Positions 1 through 9,637 of a DNA stretch of 61,188 nt are shown in pieces. The translations under genes were made by a program, and so were the position numbers. Under the pieces are notes generated by a model. That model saw nothing but the letters and a program-made list of their open reading frames with translations, was not told the DNA's origin and searched no databases. Source of the stretch: Zancudomyces culisetae HAW-14-8 (Eukaryota; Fungi; Kickxellomycota); contig JBNJNM010000018.1 of NCBI GenBank assembly GCA_052426225.1, forward strand, positions 1 through 61,188, given 5' to 3'. Every line of letters starts with the position of its first letter. The stretch's first letter is position 1.

Positions 1-1859
1 AATTATATTTTATAATAATATATATTAAAGTTCTTTCAACCCACACACATATATATAATAGTCGTGAAAAATTATTATTTTTCTAAGAATTCGACAGAAT
101 TCTTAAAGGCTTTTGCCTTTGGCAATGCTAGTGAAAACAGTTAAAATACTATATTTTACAATACCATTTATAGTACAAGACTGTCAGTAAGTGATTTATT
201 TTTTTTAACTTATTGCAACAGACTGGGTCACTAGTGGGTATCAAAAATGATGCTTAATGTACAGTCGAAATAAATTATTAAATTTTAATAATTGCACCAA
301 TGGTATTGGTCTTATGAATATTCAGATTATTTAGATAATTCAGGTGATTCTATATCTTTTGATTCAATAATGATACCTACAGATGATTTAGAACCTGGAC
401 AATTTAGATTATTAGAAGTAGATAATAGAATTGTTTTACCAATTCATACACATATAAGATTTATATGTACTTCTTCAGATGTAATACATAGTTTTGCAGT
501 GCCATCTTTAGGTTTAAAAATAGATGCTTTACCTGGTAGATTAAATGGTATATCTACATATGTAGAAAGAGAAGGTACATTTTATGGACAATGTTCTGAA
601 TTATGTGGTGTATATCATTTTGGTATGCCTATAGTAATAGAAGCTGTAAGAATAGAAAAATATTTAGAATGGTTAAATATACATTTAGATAATACCCCCT
701 CTTCATAAAATATATATCTATTCTTGTTTTTTTTTAGGTAAAAAAAAATTGATCAAAAATCAATTATAAATAAAATTACTTATAATTATATTGAAACAAA
801 TAATTATAATATATTAAATTCTTTAATAAAAATTATAGTTATTAAATATAAAATAGAACAATATATAATAATCTAATTAAAAATTTTTATTTATAATATA
901 ATAATATTTCTGAATTTATTAATATTTTAATCTAAAATGTTATAAATAATTATGATGAATTAAAACATTTTAAAAGATTATGGAAAAATTACTTGTATAA
1001 TATTATAAAAATTATATATAATCAAATAGGATTAAAAAGAAATAAATTAATCATGATAATAGGTAATGATATAAATCATAATATTATTTTTAATGAATAT
1101 AATAAACTTAAAAAAATAATGTAAATAAAAATCAAAATTCATTAAGTATTGATATTATAGCTAATATAAATGATTTTTTATTTATTTTATTTAAATATAT
1201 TATGTGAATTTGATAAAAAAATTTATATATTTAAATAATAAAAAAAAAGAGTATTTAAATATATTTATATCAGATAATAAATATAATAAAATAGGCTATA
1301 TATATTTAATATAGATAAATTATAAATATAATAAAATAGGCTATATATAAATATTTATTCTTAATATTTTATATATTAAGAAATATTAGTAAATTTAGAT
1401 TAAAATATTTATAATTTTATAAAATATTAGTCTTTGATAAGTAATTTATAACTAGGATATTTAGGATATTAGGTATAATAAAAAGTATAATGTGCTTATA
1501 TATAATGACTTATTTAATATTTAAAAACTTATTATTATTGTATATAGAGATAAAAATATTAATATAATTATTAGTAAATTAATATCAAAAATTATACAAA
1601 AAATATAATTATTTAAAAATTTAAGGGGTATTAATGTATAATTATCATAGAAACAGGTAATTCTAATATATTAAGTAAACTATTTGGAAATATACCAGTA
1701 AAAAGTATAAAACCTAAAAGTGTTATTAAAAGATTAAAATCTAATATATTAATATCTTGATAAGATTTTAAATAAATACTATAACTACCAAAAAAATTTT
1801 TTATATAAAAATATATAGAATATACAGGTACTAATATAATACTAATAGTAAATATTATA
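1..1859. repeat. Terminal redundancy: 1-1859 repeated at 58655-60513 (circular wrap, unit 58,654 bp)
   Basis: Identical 138-aa cox2 ORFs at 292 and 58946 (offset 58,654); spot-checked identity continues into the nad4 3' end up to 1859/60513. Confidence 0.95.
295..708 (+). CDS. cox2: cox2 exon 2 (redundant copy of 58949-59362)
   Basis: [15 protein letters not shown] and the CuA motif [12 protein letters not shown]; preceded by the group I intron 3' end (..attg). Confidence 0.95.
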   Translation, partial: HQWYWSYEYSDYLDNSGDSISFDSIMIPTDDLEPGQFRLLEVDNRIVLPIHTHIRFICTSSDVIHSFAVPSLGLKIDALPGRLNGISTYVEREGTFYGQCSELCGVYHFGMPIVIEAVRIEKYLEWLNIHLDNTPSS

Positions 1860-3085
1860 GCTGTAAAAGGAAAATGATAGTTAAAAATACTAATAAAACT
1901 TATAAATTCACCAATAAAATTAGATGTTAAAGGTGTAGACATATTAGCTAATATAAAAATAAAAGTTAAACTAGAAAGTAAAGGCATATAAATAGATAAC
2001 CCTTTAAAATAAAGAATTATACGTGTATGAAAAATATTATATAATATACCCACACAAATAAAAAGAGCAGGAGACGTTAAACCATGAGCAAAAGATAAAA
2101 ATAAAGCACCTGTAATACCTTGATAATTATTTGAAAAAAGAGCCATTATAATAATAGCCATATGACCTATAGAACTATAAGCTATAATTTTTTTCATATC
2201 TATTTGTCTTAAAGTAGAAAAAGAAGAATAAATTAAACTTATAATACAAAGAGTCATTATTAAAGGTAAAAAATAAGTAGATGCATAAGGAAAAAGAATT
2301 AAAGAATATTTAATAAAACCATAAGTAGCTAATTTTAACATTAATGCTGCTAAAATTATAGAACCTGTTAAAGGTGCTTCAGTATGAGCTAAAGGTAACC
2401 ATTGATGTACAGGTAATAAAGGTGTTTTAATAGCAAAACTTATAAAAAAACCTAACCATAATATAATTTGTAAATTATTATCAATATTAAAAGTTGAAAT
2501 TAATAAATAATCTGTTGTACCATAATAAGTATATATTTTTATAATACTTAATAACATTAATAAAGATCCTGCAAAAGTCATTAAAAAAAATTTATATGAG
2601 GCATATATTCTAGTTTTTTCTTTATTTATTTTACCTTTAAACATACCTTGAGAATCACTTCCATATAAACCTATTAAAAAAAACATAGGTATAAGAGAAG
2701 ATTCAAATGTTATATAAAATAATAAAATATCTAAAGATGTAAATATTAACATAAAAATTAATTCTGTTAATAATACTAATATCATAAATGTTTTAATTTT
2801 TTTTTTTATATTAAAACCTGCTAATATTGCTATAGGCATTATTAAAACAGTTAATATTATAAAAATTAAAGATATAGAATCTATACCTAATCTAATATTA
2901 CTTATCATTAATGTATTAATATATTCAGGATTATTATAATCAAATAATATCCATATTAATAATACTATAAATAATTCTATTATACTACTAAATAAAGCTA
3001 ATTTTTTAATTATAACAATATTATTAATAGGTAAAATTAATAATATTGTTATTAAAGGTATTAATAATAATAATAATGTATACAT
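1631..3085 (-). CDS. nad4: NADH dehydrogenase subunit 4
   Basis: 484-aa hydrophobic ORF; HQWLPLAHTEAP, KKIIAYSSIGHM, NFIGEF. Confidence 0.97.
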   Translation of the reverse strand: MYTLLLLLIPLITILLILPINNIVIIKKLALFSSIIELFIVLLIWILFDYNNPEYINTLMISNIRLGIDSISLIFIILTVLIMPIAILAGFNIKKKIKTFMILVLLTELIFMLIFTSLDILLFYITFESSLIPMFFLIGLYGSDSQGMFKGKINKEKTRIYASYKFFLMTFAGSLLMLLSIIKIYTYYGTTDYLLISTFNIDNNLQIILWLGFFISFAIKTPLLPVHQWLPLAHTEAPLTGSIILAALMLKLATYGFIKYSLILFPYASTYFLPLIMTLCIISLIYSSFSTLRQIDMKKIIAYSSIGHMAIIIMALFSNNYQGITGALFLSFAHGLTSPALFICVGILYNIFHTRIILYFKGLSIYMPLLSSLTFIFILANMSTPLTSNFIGEFISFISIFNYHFPFTAIIFTISIILVPVYSIYFYIKNFFGSYSIYLKSYQDINILDFNLLITLLGFILFTGIFPNSLLNILELPVSMIIIH

Positions 3086-4066
3086 ATATATAATAATATA
3101 ATTTATAAATACTTATATAATTATTACTAATAATTTTCTTCTTATATATATATTATATATAATTATAAATTTTAAATTTTTAATCTAATTATTTATAATT
3201 TTTTTAATATTTAGTATAAATTTATACCAAATATTTTTAAATACTTATTTCTTTTTTTTTTTATATTCAAACCTCCTTTATTATAATTAAAGATTTATTA
3301 AATAATATTTTATATTAATAAATTTTATTAATATTATCATTATATTTATCCAAACTTTATTTAATTATATAATATTTGAATTATTTATATCATATATTAT
3401 AAAGTTTTCCTATTTTATTTTATATATTTTTAAAATATAATACTAATATTTTTAACTAGTAATATATAATTTATATTAATACTAATTATTATAGTAATTT
3501 CTATACTAATTATATATTCTAAATAACTAAATATCAAAAGATATCTAAAGATATTTATAGACTAATATAAAAAAATATTTATCCTGGTAATAAATAATAA
3601 TAATAATATATTTTTTTAATAAGTGTTTATAGATTAAGCCGTTTAATCATATTAATAAAATGTGATAAATTTAAAGTTATATATTATTTATATAATTAAC
3701 TAGTTATAGATAAATCTATTTATTCATATTAATAAAAAATTATTAATTAACAGTTATAGATTCTAATATAAAAAAATATTTATGTTATACCAAATATCAA
3801 ATGATAAAATATCTATAGATGTTTAGTCAAAATATTTATCTTTAGATATTTTATACTTAATATTTATAATAAAAATTATTACCATATATAAATACTTATT
3901 ATAACTATTTATTATTCCTAGTTATAAATTACTTATCAAAAGATATTTTTGATTAATATTATAATAAATATATTTTTTTTGAAAAATAGGTAATAATAAA
4001 TTTATAAAATATTATTTTACTTATTTAACTAAACTTAAAGCATATGATAAACCATTATCTAATATA

Positions 4067-4960
4067 TTATCATTATATATTGAAACATTTAATATTAATG
4101 GTAAATTAATATCTTATACAATAGGTTTATATTATGGAAAAAATTGTATAGTAAATATAAAAAATATATTATAATCATATTATTTATATACTTAATTTAT
4201 CTAATTTTTATTATCTTTTTTTTTTTTATTAAAATCATAAATATTATACCTCAAAAATCAGTTATAGGTATAGTATATTTTTATATATTATAAAAAAAAT
4301 ATATTATATTTTATGATTTGTATAAAATATTAACTCATAATCTTAAAAAATTAGATCAAAATTTTAATATTACTAAATTAGATTTTACTCATAAATTTAT
4401 GGATTATTTTCATAAATTTAATTATAAAAGTATAATAACTGATATTTAATATTGGAATAATTATATATAAAATTTTAAAAGTATTTTAGTATACTAAATT
4501 AGAAACTTTAAAATATTAAAAAAATGATTGTATATTATTATATAAAATAATGTTTAAATTTAATAAAAATATACATTTTTTAAATTATATTACTTTATCA
4601 TCTATTTCTTTAACTATTTATAGAACTTATTTTTTTAAAGAAAAATTAATAGTTAATATATATAATCAAATAAAAAGAAATATTAAAAAAGGATATTATG
4701 GTAGTGAAATTAATATTTATAAAGGTCAAAATTTATATGATATAAATTCATTATATTTTAAAATGATATATCAATTAACAATCCTTTAAGAATACATAAA
4801 AAAAATTTTTATGATTTTTTTATGTAAATATTATAATATCTGATATACCTTTTTATATTTTTATAATAAATAAAATTATTCTATAGTAGAATTAATAGGT
4901 ATATATTTTAATAAAAAATAAAAATATATTATTATAGCTTATGTTAAATATAAAAAAATT
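4067..4960 (+). pseudogene. dpo: Decayed N-terminal part of a linear-plasmid family B DNA polymerase
   Basis: Fragments LYIETFNINGKLISYTIGLY (Exo I-like) and IKKGYYGSEINIY..YDINSLY (SYxGG and DxxSLY motifs); many stops and frameshifts; boundaries approximate. Confidence 0.65.
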
Positions 4961-5036
4961 TTCTATTAAATTCTTTATACGGATTTATTTCAAAAAAATA
5001 TTTATATTAATAAAGGGGGTATTAAAAATTATTTTT

Positions 5037-5549
5037 TTAATAATTTTTATTCATTTTTAAACATAAAATAATAGGTCCAATCATAGCTAAAAGAAGAATA
5101 AAACTTATTAAAATTAACCAAAGACAATGTGTAGTATATAAACAATAACCAATTAATTTAATATTGGAAGAATAAAAATAAATATTATTAATTCCAGAAA
5201 TAATATTTTTATTATTATTTATATAAGATAAATCTAAATAATAATAAATTAATATACATAAAATACCTGTTATTAAAGGTATATCTTTTTTTAAATCTAA
5301 ATATTTTATAGTAGAAGGAAAGTCAGTTTCAAGCATCATAATAGCAAAAATAAATAAAATAGAAATAGCTCCTACATAAATAATAAAATATGATAAACCT
5401 ATAAAAGTTAAACCATAAAAAATAAATAAAATACCAGTTAAAATAAAAACAGAAATTAAAGAAAGTACAGAATAAATAGGATTAATAAAAAGAAAAATTA
5501 ATAAACCAAAAATAAAAATTAAAATATTAATAAAAGGTGTTATAATCAT
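5037..5549 (-). CDS. nad6: NADH dehydrogenase subunit 6
   Basis: NPIYSVLSLI, IIYVGAISILFIFAIMML, LLLAMIGPI. Confidence 0.95.
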   Translation of the reverse strand: MIITPFINILIFIFGLLIFLFINPIYSVLSLISVFILTGILFIFYGLTFIGLSYFIIYVGAISILFIFAIMMLETDFPSTIKYLDLKKDIPLITGILCILIYYYLDLSYINNNKNIISGINNIYFYSSNIKLIGYCLYTTHCLWLILISFILLLAMIGPIILCLKMNKNY

Positions 5550-5596
5550 TATTATTATATATATTTATAAGGTGCTATATAAAGTTTAAAACTTAT

Positions 5597-5667
5597 TGGA
5601 GATAAAGAGAATTGAACTCTTTCTTTAGGTTTGCAATACCTATATACTACCTTTATATTATATCCCC
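5597..5667 (-). tRNA. trnA: tRNA-Ala(UGC)
   Basis: Cloverleaf GGGGATA..TATCTCCA, anticodon TGC, G3:U70. Confidence 0.92.
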
Positions 5668-5669
5668 TA

Positions 5670-5741
5670 TACCAATAATGTGATTTGAACACATTACTTC
5701 CCTTTGGAAGAGGGACGGTTTACCATTTAACCTATATTGGC
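5670..5741 (-). tRNA. trnG: tRNA-Gly(UCC), copy 1
   Basis: TCCCT CTTCCAA AGGGA arm; identical to 27043-27114. Confidence 0.92.
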
Positions 5742-5755
5742 AATAAATATATTTA

Positions 5756-5838
5756 ACCTACTTGGAGAAATTGGTAGACTCAAACGACTTAAAATTGTTT
5801 GCTTATAAAGCGTGAGGGTTCAAATCCCTCAGTAGGTA
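5756..5838 (+). tRNA. trnL: tRNA-Leu(UAA)
   Basis: ACCTACT/AGTAGGT acceptor, CTTAAAA loop, long variable arm. Confidence 0.92.
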
Positions 5839-5841
5839 AAA

Positions 5842-5924
5842 GAGAAATATACATTTTGGTATTGTAATCGTCCTGTAAAGACGATGGGTTTATCCCATTT
5901 TGGGTTCGAATCCCAAATTTCTCA
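5842..5924 (+). tRNA. trnY: tRNA-Tyr(GUA)
   Basis: CTGTAAA loop, variable arm, TTGGG TTCGAAT CCCAA T arm. Confidence 0.88.
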
Positions 5925-5929
5925 AAAAA

Positions 5930-6001
5930 GGGGAGATAGCTCAACGGTAGAGCTTACTGCTCATAACAGGAAAGATATTAGTTCAAATCTAATTCTCCTC
6001 A
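5930..6001 (+). tRNA. trnI: tRNA(CAU), probably lysidine-type tRNA-Ile reading AUA
   Basis: GGGGAGA acceptor, GCTCATAAC arm; third CAU tRNA in a genome rich in ATA codons. Confidence 0.75.
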
Positions 6002-6004
6002 AAA

Positions 6005-6075
6005 AGCGAATTGGTGTAAAGGAAGCACAAGAGGCTCATGATCTCAAAGAGATTGTTCAATTCAATCATTCGCAA
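6005..6075 (+). tRNA. trnM: Initiator tRNA-fMet(CAU)
   Basis: GAGG CTCATGA TCTC arm; unpaired 1:72 position. Confidence 0.8.
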
Positions 6076-6076
6076 T

Positions 6077-6147
6077 GATCTCATCATCTAATGGCAGGAT
6101 ATAATACCTTCAATATTAATATGTACGTTCAAATCGTACTGGGATCA
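6077..6147 (+). tRNA. trnE: tRNA-Glu(UUC)
   Basis: GATCTCA/TGGGATC acceptor; loop CCTTCAA. Confidence 0.85.
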
Positions 6148-6148
6148 T

Positions 6149-6219
6149 AGAATCGTAACTTAACGGTAAAGTTTTTGTTTGATAAGCAAAATATAATGGT
6201 TCAATTCCATTCGATTCTA
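6149..6219 (+). tRNA. trnI: tRNA-Ile(GAU)
   Basis: TTTGT TTGATAA GCAAA arm. Confidence 0.92.
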
Positions 6220-6352
6220 CTTATTATAAATTTAATACTTAGATAAATAAATATCTACCACTTATTATAAAATAATAAATTTTTAAGATTTATTTTATAA
6301 ATAATCGAAAAAATTTATCAAATAAAATATTTAATAAGGTTATTTTATAATA

Positions 6353-6422
6353 CGACTTTGACCGTTTACGAAACGGCAACTTGTTGTTCGACAAACAACT
6401 GCTTTCATTAAGCTACAAAGCC
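6353..6422 (-). tRNA. trnD: tRNA-Asp(GUC)
   Basis: GTTGT TTGTCGA ACAAC arm. Confidence 0.88.
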
Positions 6423-6430
6423 TTTTAAAT

Positions 6431-6503
6431 GACCAAATAGCATAAATGGTAATGTATAAGATTGCAAATCTTTTTGATAAGTGTTCAATTCACTTTTTGG
6501 TCT
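6431..6503 (+). tRNA. trnC: tRNA-Cys(GCA)
   Basis: TTGCAAA loop, U73 discriminator. Confidence 0.92.
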
Positions 6504-6509
6504 ATATAA

Positions 6510-6581
6510 GAGAATATAACTTAATGGTAGAGTATCAAACTTTTAATTTGTATAGTTTGGGTTCAAATCCCAATATTCTCA
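6510..6581 (+). tRNA. trnK: tRNA-Lys(UUU)
   Basis: GAGAATA/TATTCTC acceptor, CTTTTAA loop. Confidence 0.92.
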
Positions 6582-6584
6582 TTA

Positions 6585-6657
6585 GCCTTGATAGCTTAAC
6601 TGGTTAAAGTACGGAACTGAAAATTCTGGGTAGGATGTTCAAGTCATCCTTAAGGCA
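6585..6657 (+). tRNA. trnF: tRNA-Phe(GAA)
   Basis: CGGAA CTGAAAA TTCTG arm. Confidence 0.93.
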
Positions 6658-6670
6658 TAAAATTATTATT

Positions 6671-6739
6671 TGACAGGAAAGGGTATGAATCCTTAATTTT
6701 CGTGTATGAAACGAATGTTTTACTTTAAACTATCTTGTC
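6671..6739 (-). tRNA. trnM: Elongator tRNA-Met(CAU)
   Basis: TTCGT TTCATAC ACGAA arm. Confidence 0.82.
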
Positions 6740-6744
6740 TTTAA

Positions 6745-6817
6745 TTTGGATGGAGGGATTCGAACCCCCGTATATCGAATCCAAATTTCGAGGCCTTACC
6801 TACTTGGCTACATCCAA
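6745..6817 (-). tRNA. trnQ: tRNA-Gln(UUG)
   Basis: TCGAA ATTTGGA TTCGA arm; TTGGATG acceptor. Confidence 0.92.
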
Positions 6818-6819
6818 TT

Positions 6820-6891
6820 AGCCGAGTATGGAATTTGAATCCATAATTTGTAATTTACAAGATTACCGCTTTACCTTTAAGCTAACTCGAC
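6820..6891 (-). tRNA. trnT: tRNA-Thr(UGU)
   Basis: GTAAT CTTGTAA ATTAC arm. Confidence 0.92.
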
Positions 6892-7599
6892 TTTTTTTAT
6901 TATTTAAGATTTATATAATAATTTTATTATATTAACATTTAATTACCTAATAACTTGAAATTATTAGAATAATTATCAAATATTTATAAATAAATAAATT
7001 AGTTATTTATTTATAACTAGTATAGTTATTGGTTATTGGTATTCTAATACCAGTAATTTATTATTAGTCATTAGATCTGTTATTAATAAACTTGTTTTTT
7101 AAAATATCTTTAGATAAATATTTTTTTATATTAGTAATTTAAAGATATGTTATTTATACCAATTAATATATAAATTACCAAATAACTAGAATAGTTATTT
7201 GGTATACCTAATTATTATAACTTGTTATAATAACTAGTATTATTCTAATAATTATAGTTATTATCAATTCTAAATAACTTGTCAATATTTGATTATTAGT
7301 ATTATTCCTATTACCAATAACTAATAATAAATTACTTGGTTTATTAGTTCTAGTAATTACAAGTAATTTAAAGACAATTTATTTACACCAATTATTATTA
7401 TAATACCAAATATCTATAGATCAATATAAAAATAAAATATTTTTAGATAAGTTATTTTAAAATAACTAGTTCAACTTATTTATACCAATAATTTATTACT
7501 GGTTGAATACCAAATAACTAATGATCTGTTAAATATCAATTGATATTTAGTTAAAATATTTATCAATATTTGCTAATAGGTATTAATATTTTATTTTTT

Positions 7600-7670
7600 A
7601 GCAGTAACCTGGAATTGAACCAAGATCAAATCATTAACAGTGATTGGCTTTACCTTTAAGCTATAACTGC
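7600..7670 (-). tRNA. trnN: tRNA-Asn(GUU), copy 1
   Basis: AATCA CTGTTAA TGATT arm, canonical TTCAAT T loop. Confidence 0.92.
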
Positions 7671-7819
7671 ATATTATAATAATAATTTATTTATTAAATA
7701 TATATATTAACTAATATTTTGTATATATAATTGATAAAAGTCTTTTATAAAATTTTGTAATTTATATAGTTATTTATTCTTTTATAATTATTTTTATTCA
7801 TTAATAATATAAATATTAA

Positions 7820-7906
7820 CGGATAGAATAGGATTCGAACCCATGAAGATTATAAAATCTTGTTTCGTTTCAAGCGAAATACCTTAAACCACTCAGTCAT
7901 CTACCC
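7820..7906 (-). tRNA. trnS: tRNA-Ser(UGA)
   Basis: TTTCG CTTGAAA CGAAA arm, long variable arm. Confidence 0.92.
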
Positions 7907-7986
7907 TTATTATATTTAATATATTTAAGATTTATATAATAATTTTATAAAATCTTAAGATACTTATGTTTATAATAATTTATAAA

Positions 7987-8051
7987 AACAAACTATATAA
8001 AAATGGACTTTTTTTAATACAATATATTAAAGGAAAAAACTATAAAAGTTA
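7987..8051 (+). repeat. Copy of the cox2 5' leader (= 57520-57584)
   Basis: 65-nt exact match aacaaactatataaaaatggac...tataaaagtta. Confidence 0.92.
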
Positions 8052-8080
8052 GAATAGAAAAATATTTATTATTTCATTCG

Positions 8081-8593
8081 ATGAAGAATGTGAAATTAGT
8101 AAGAGACCTAACGCCTGTTATTTTAGGTAGTTTTGGGATTGTAGCAAGTATATATAATAATGAAAGACAAATTCAAACTCAAAAAGAAATAGCAAAAATG
8201 AAAATTGAAAATGCTTTATTAAATAATGTAGAAAATAAAACACAAATAAATTCAGCATTAGAAGATTTTTATAATTTTATAGAAATATTTAGTCAAACAC
8301 AAATGATATTTTTATATAATATTTTATTTATTTTAGTATTATCTAGTTCTTTAATTTGTTTATATTTTCATTTTAAATTAAAATCTTTTTTAGATTATGA
8401 ACCTAAATGGAAAATTTTAGCTTTTTTATTTAAATATTATAAAAATTATTTATATAAATTTAATGTTGGTTTTTATTCTTTAATTATTTTTTATTCTATT
8501 ATTATATTATTAGTTAATAATATTTATTTTTTAATTAGAGGTATTCATTTTAAATATTTCTCAAATAGGTTACGAAATTTGCTTCAAAGATAA
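8081..8593 (+). CDS. Orphan 170-aa putative membrane protein
   Basis: Intact ATG-TAA ORF with 2-3 hydrophobic segments; flanked by cox2-derived 5' and 3' sequence. Confidence 0.65.
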   Translation: MKNVKLVRDLTPVILGSFGIVASIYNNERQIQTQKEIAKMKIENALLNNVENKTQINSALEDFYNFIEIFSQTQMIFLYNILFILVLSSSLICLYFHFKLKSFLDYEPKWKILAFLFKYYKNYLYKFNVGFYSLIIFYSIIILLVNNIYFLIRGIHFKYFSNRLRNLLQR

Positions 8594-8646
8594 TTTATAT
8601 ATAGGGATTTCATAATTAAAGGTTACGTATTTATAAATATGTAATC

Positions 8647-8727
8647 TTTTGGTATGCCTATAGTAATAGAAGCTGTAAGAATAGAAAAATATTTAGAATG
8701 GTTAAATATACATTTAGATAATACCCC
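8647..8727 (+). repeat. Copy of the cox2 3' end including the TAATACCCC motif (= 618-698)
   Basis: 81-nt exact match ttttggtatgcc...gataatacccc. Confidence 0.92.
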
Positions 8728-8751
8728 TTCTAATTATATAATAATATAAAG

Positions 8752-8823
8752 GGCGAATAATAGGAATCGAACCTATATAAACAATGCCACAAATTGCTAT
8801 TCTACCATTAAATTATATTCGCC
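8752..8823 (-). tRNA. trnH: tRNA-His(GUG)
   Basis: TTGTGGC loop; encoded G-1:C73. Confidence 0.92.
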
Positions 8824-8825
8824 AT

Positions 8826-8900
8826 AACACTTTATGGGAATTGAACCCATATATATTAGTTTCGAAGACTAATGCTTTTATCCTTTTAAGCTAAAAGTGT
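8826..8900 (-). tRNA. trnR: tRNA-Arg(UCG)
   Basis: TTAGT CTTCGAA ACTAA arm. Confidence 0.9.
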
Positions 8901-9637
8901 TTATTTATTATATCATTATATTTTTATTAATAAGATTTAAAAAAAATTTTAATTATTAAAAATAACATATATAAAAGTTATAATTCTTAATAAATTTATA
9001 TTCTAATTATACCAAATATCTAAAGATATTTTATTTTATAGATTACACCATTTATTTATTTTTATAAATAATGATAAATTTACAGTTATAGATTATCTTA
9101 TTTATTTAATACCAAATATCTAATGATAAGTTTAATATTTATAGATATTTTTAATGATTATTAATAATATAAAATAAGTGATTATAGATAATGATTATAT
9201 ATGATAAATAGATTATAGTTATAAATTACTAATATTAAAAAAACTAAATACCTATAGATATTATTAGATATTTTATTTTTAATGTTTATAGATTACTATA
9301 ATATAAATTTATAATTTAAAATAAGTCATTATAGATAACAATAATATATTTTTTTTATTATATTAAAATATAATATTTTAATTATATAATAATAAGGCTA
9401 TATATAAGCATAACATATGATATAAATATAAAATATCTTAAAATATAAAATATTTATTATATATAGGCCATATATTTTTATCTAATATATTACTGATCTT
9501 AGGAATTAATGAAAATTCCAAATCTCTTTTAAAATTTTTTAAAGAATCTAACTGTATACAATTTTTGATATTATTATCAATAAGATCATTCACGTTATTA
9601 TTTGATATTTTTTTAGAATAAAATTTTTTATTTATTA

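Noticed and set aside
3268-3279. AAAGGAGGT as a Shine-Dalgarno site for nad4
   Set aside because: About 190 nt from the ATG, and the rns 3' end shows no CCTCC anti-SD
5884-6078. 64-aa ORF, and the 61-aa ORF at 11427-11612
   Set aside because: Both run across tRNA genes; chance frames in G+C-richer sequence
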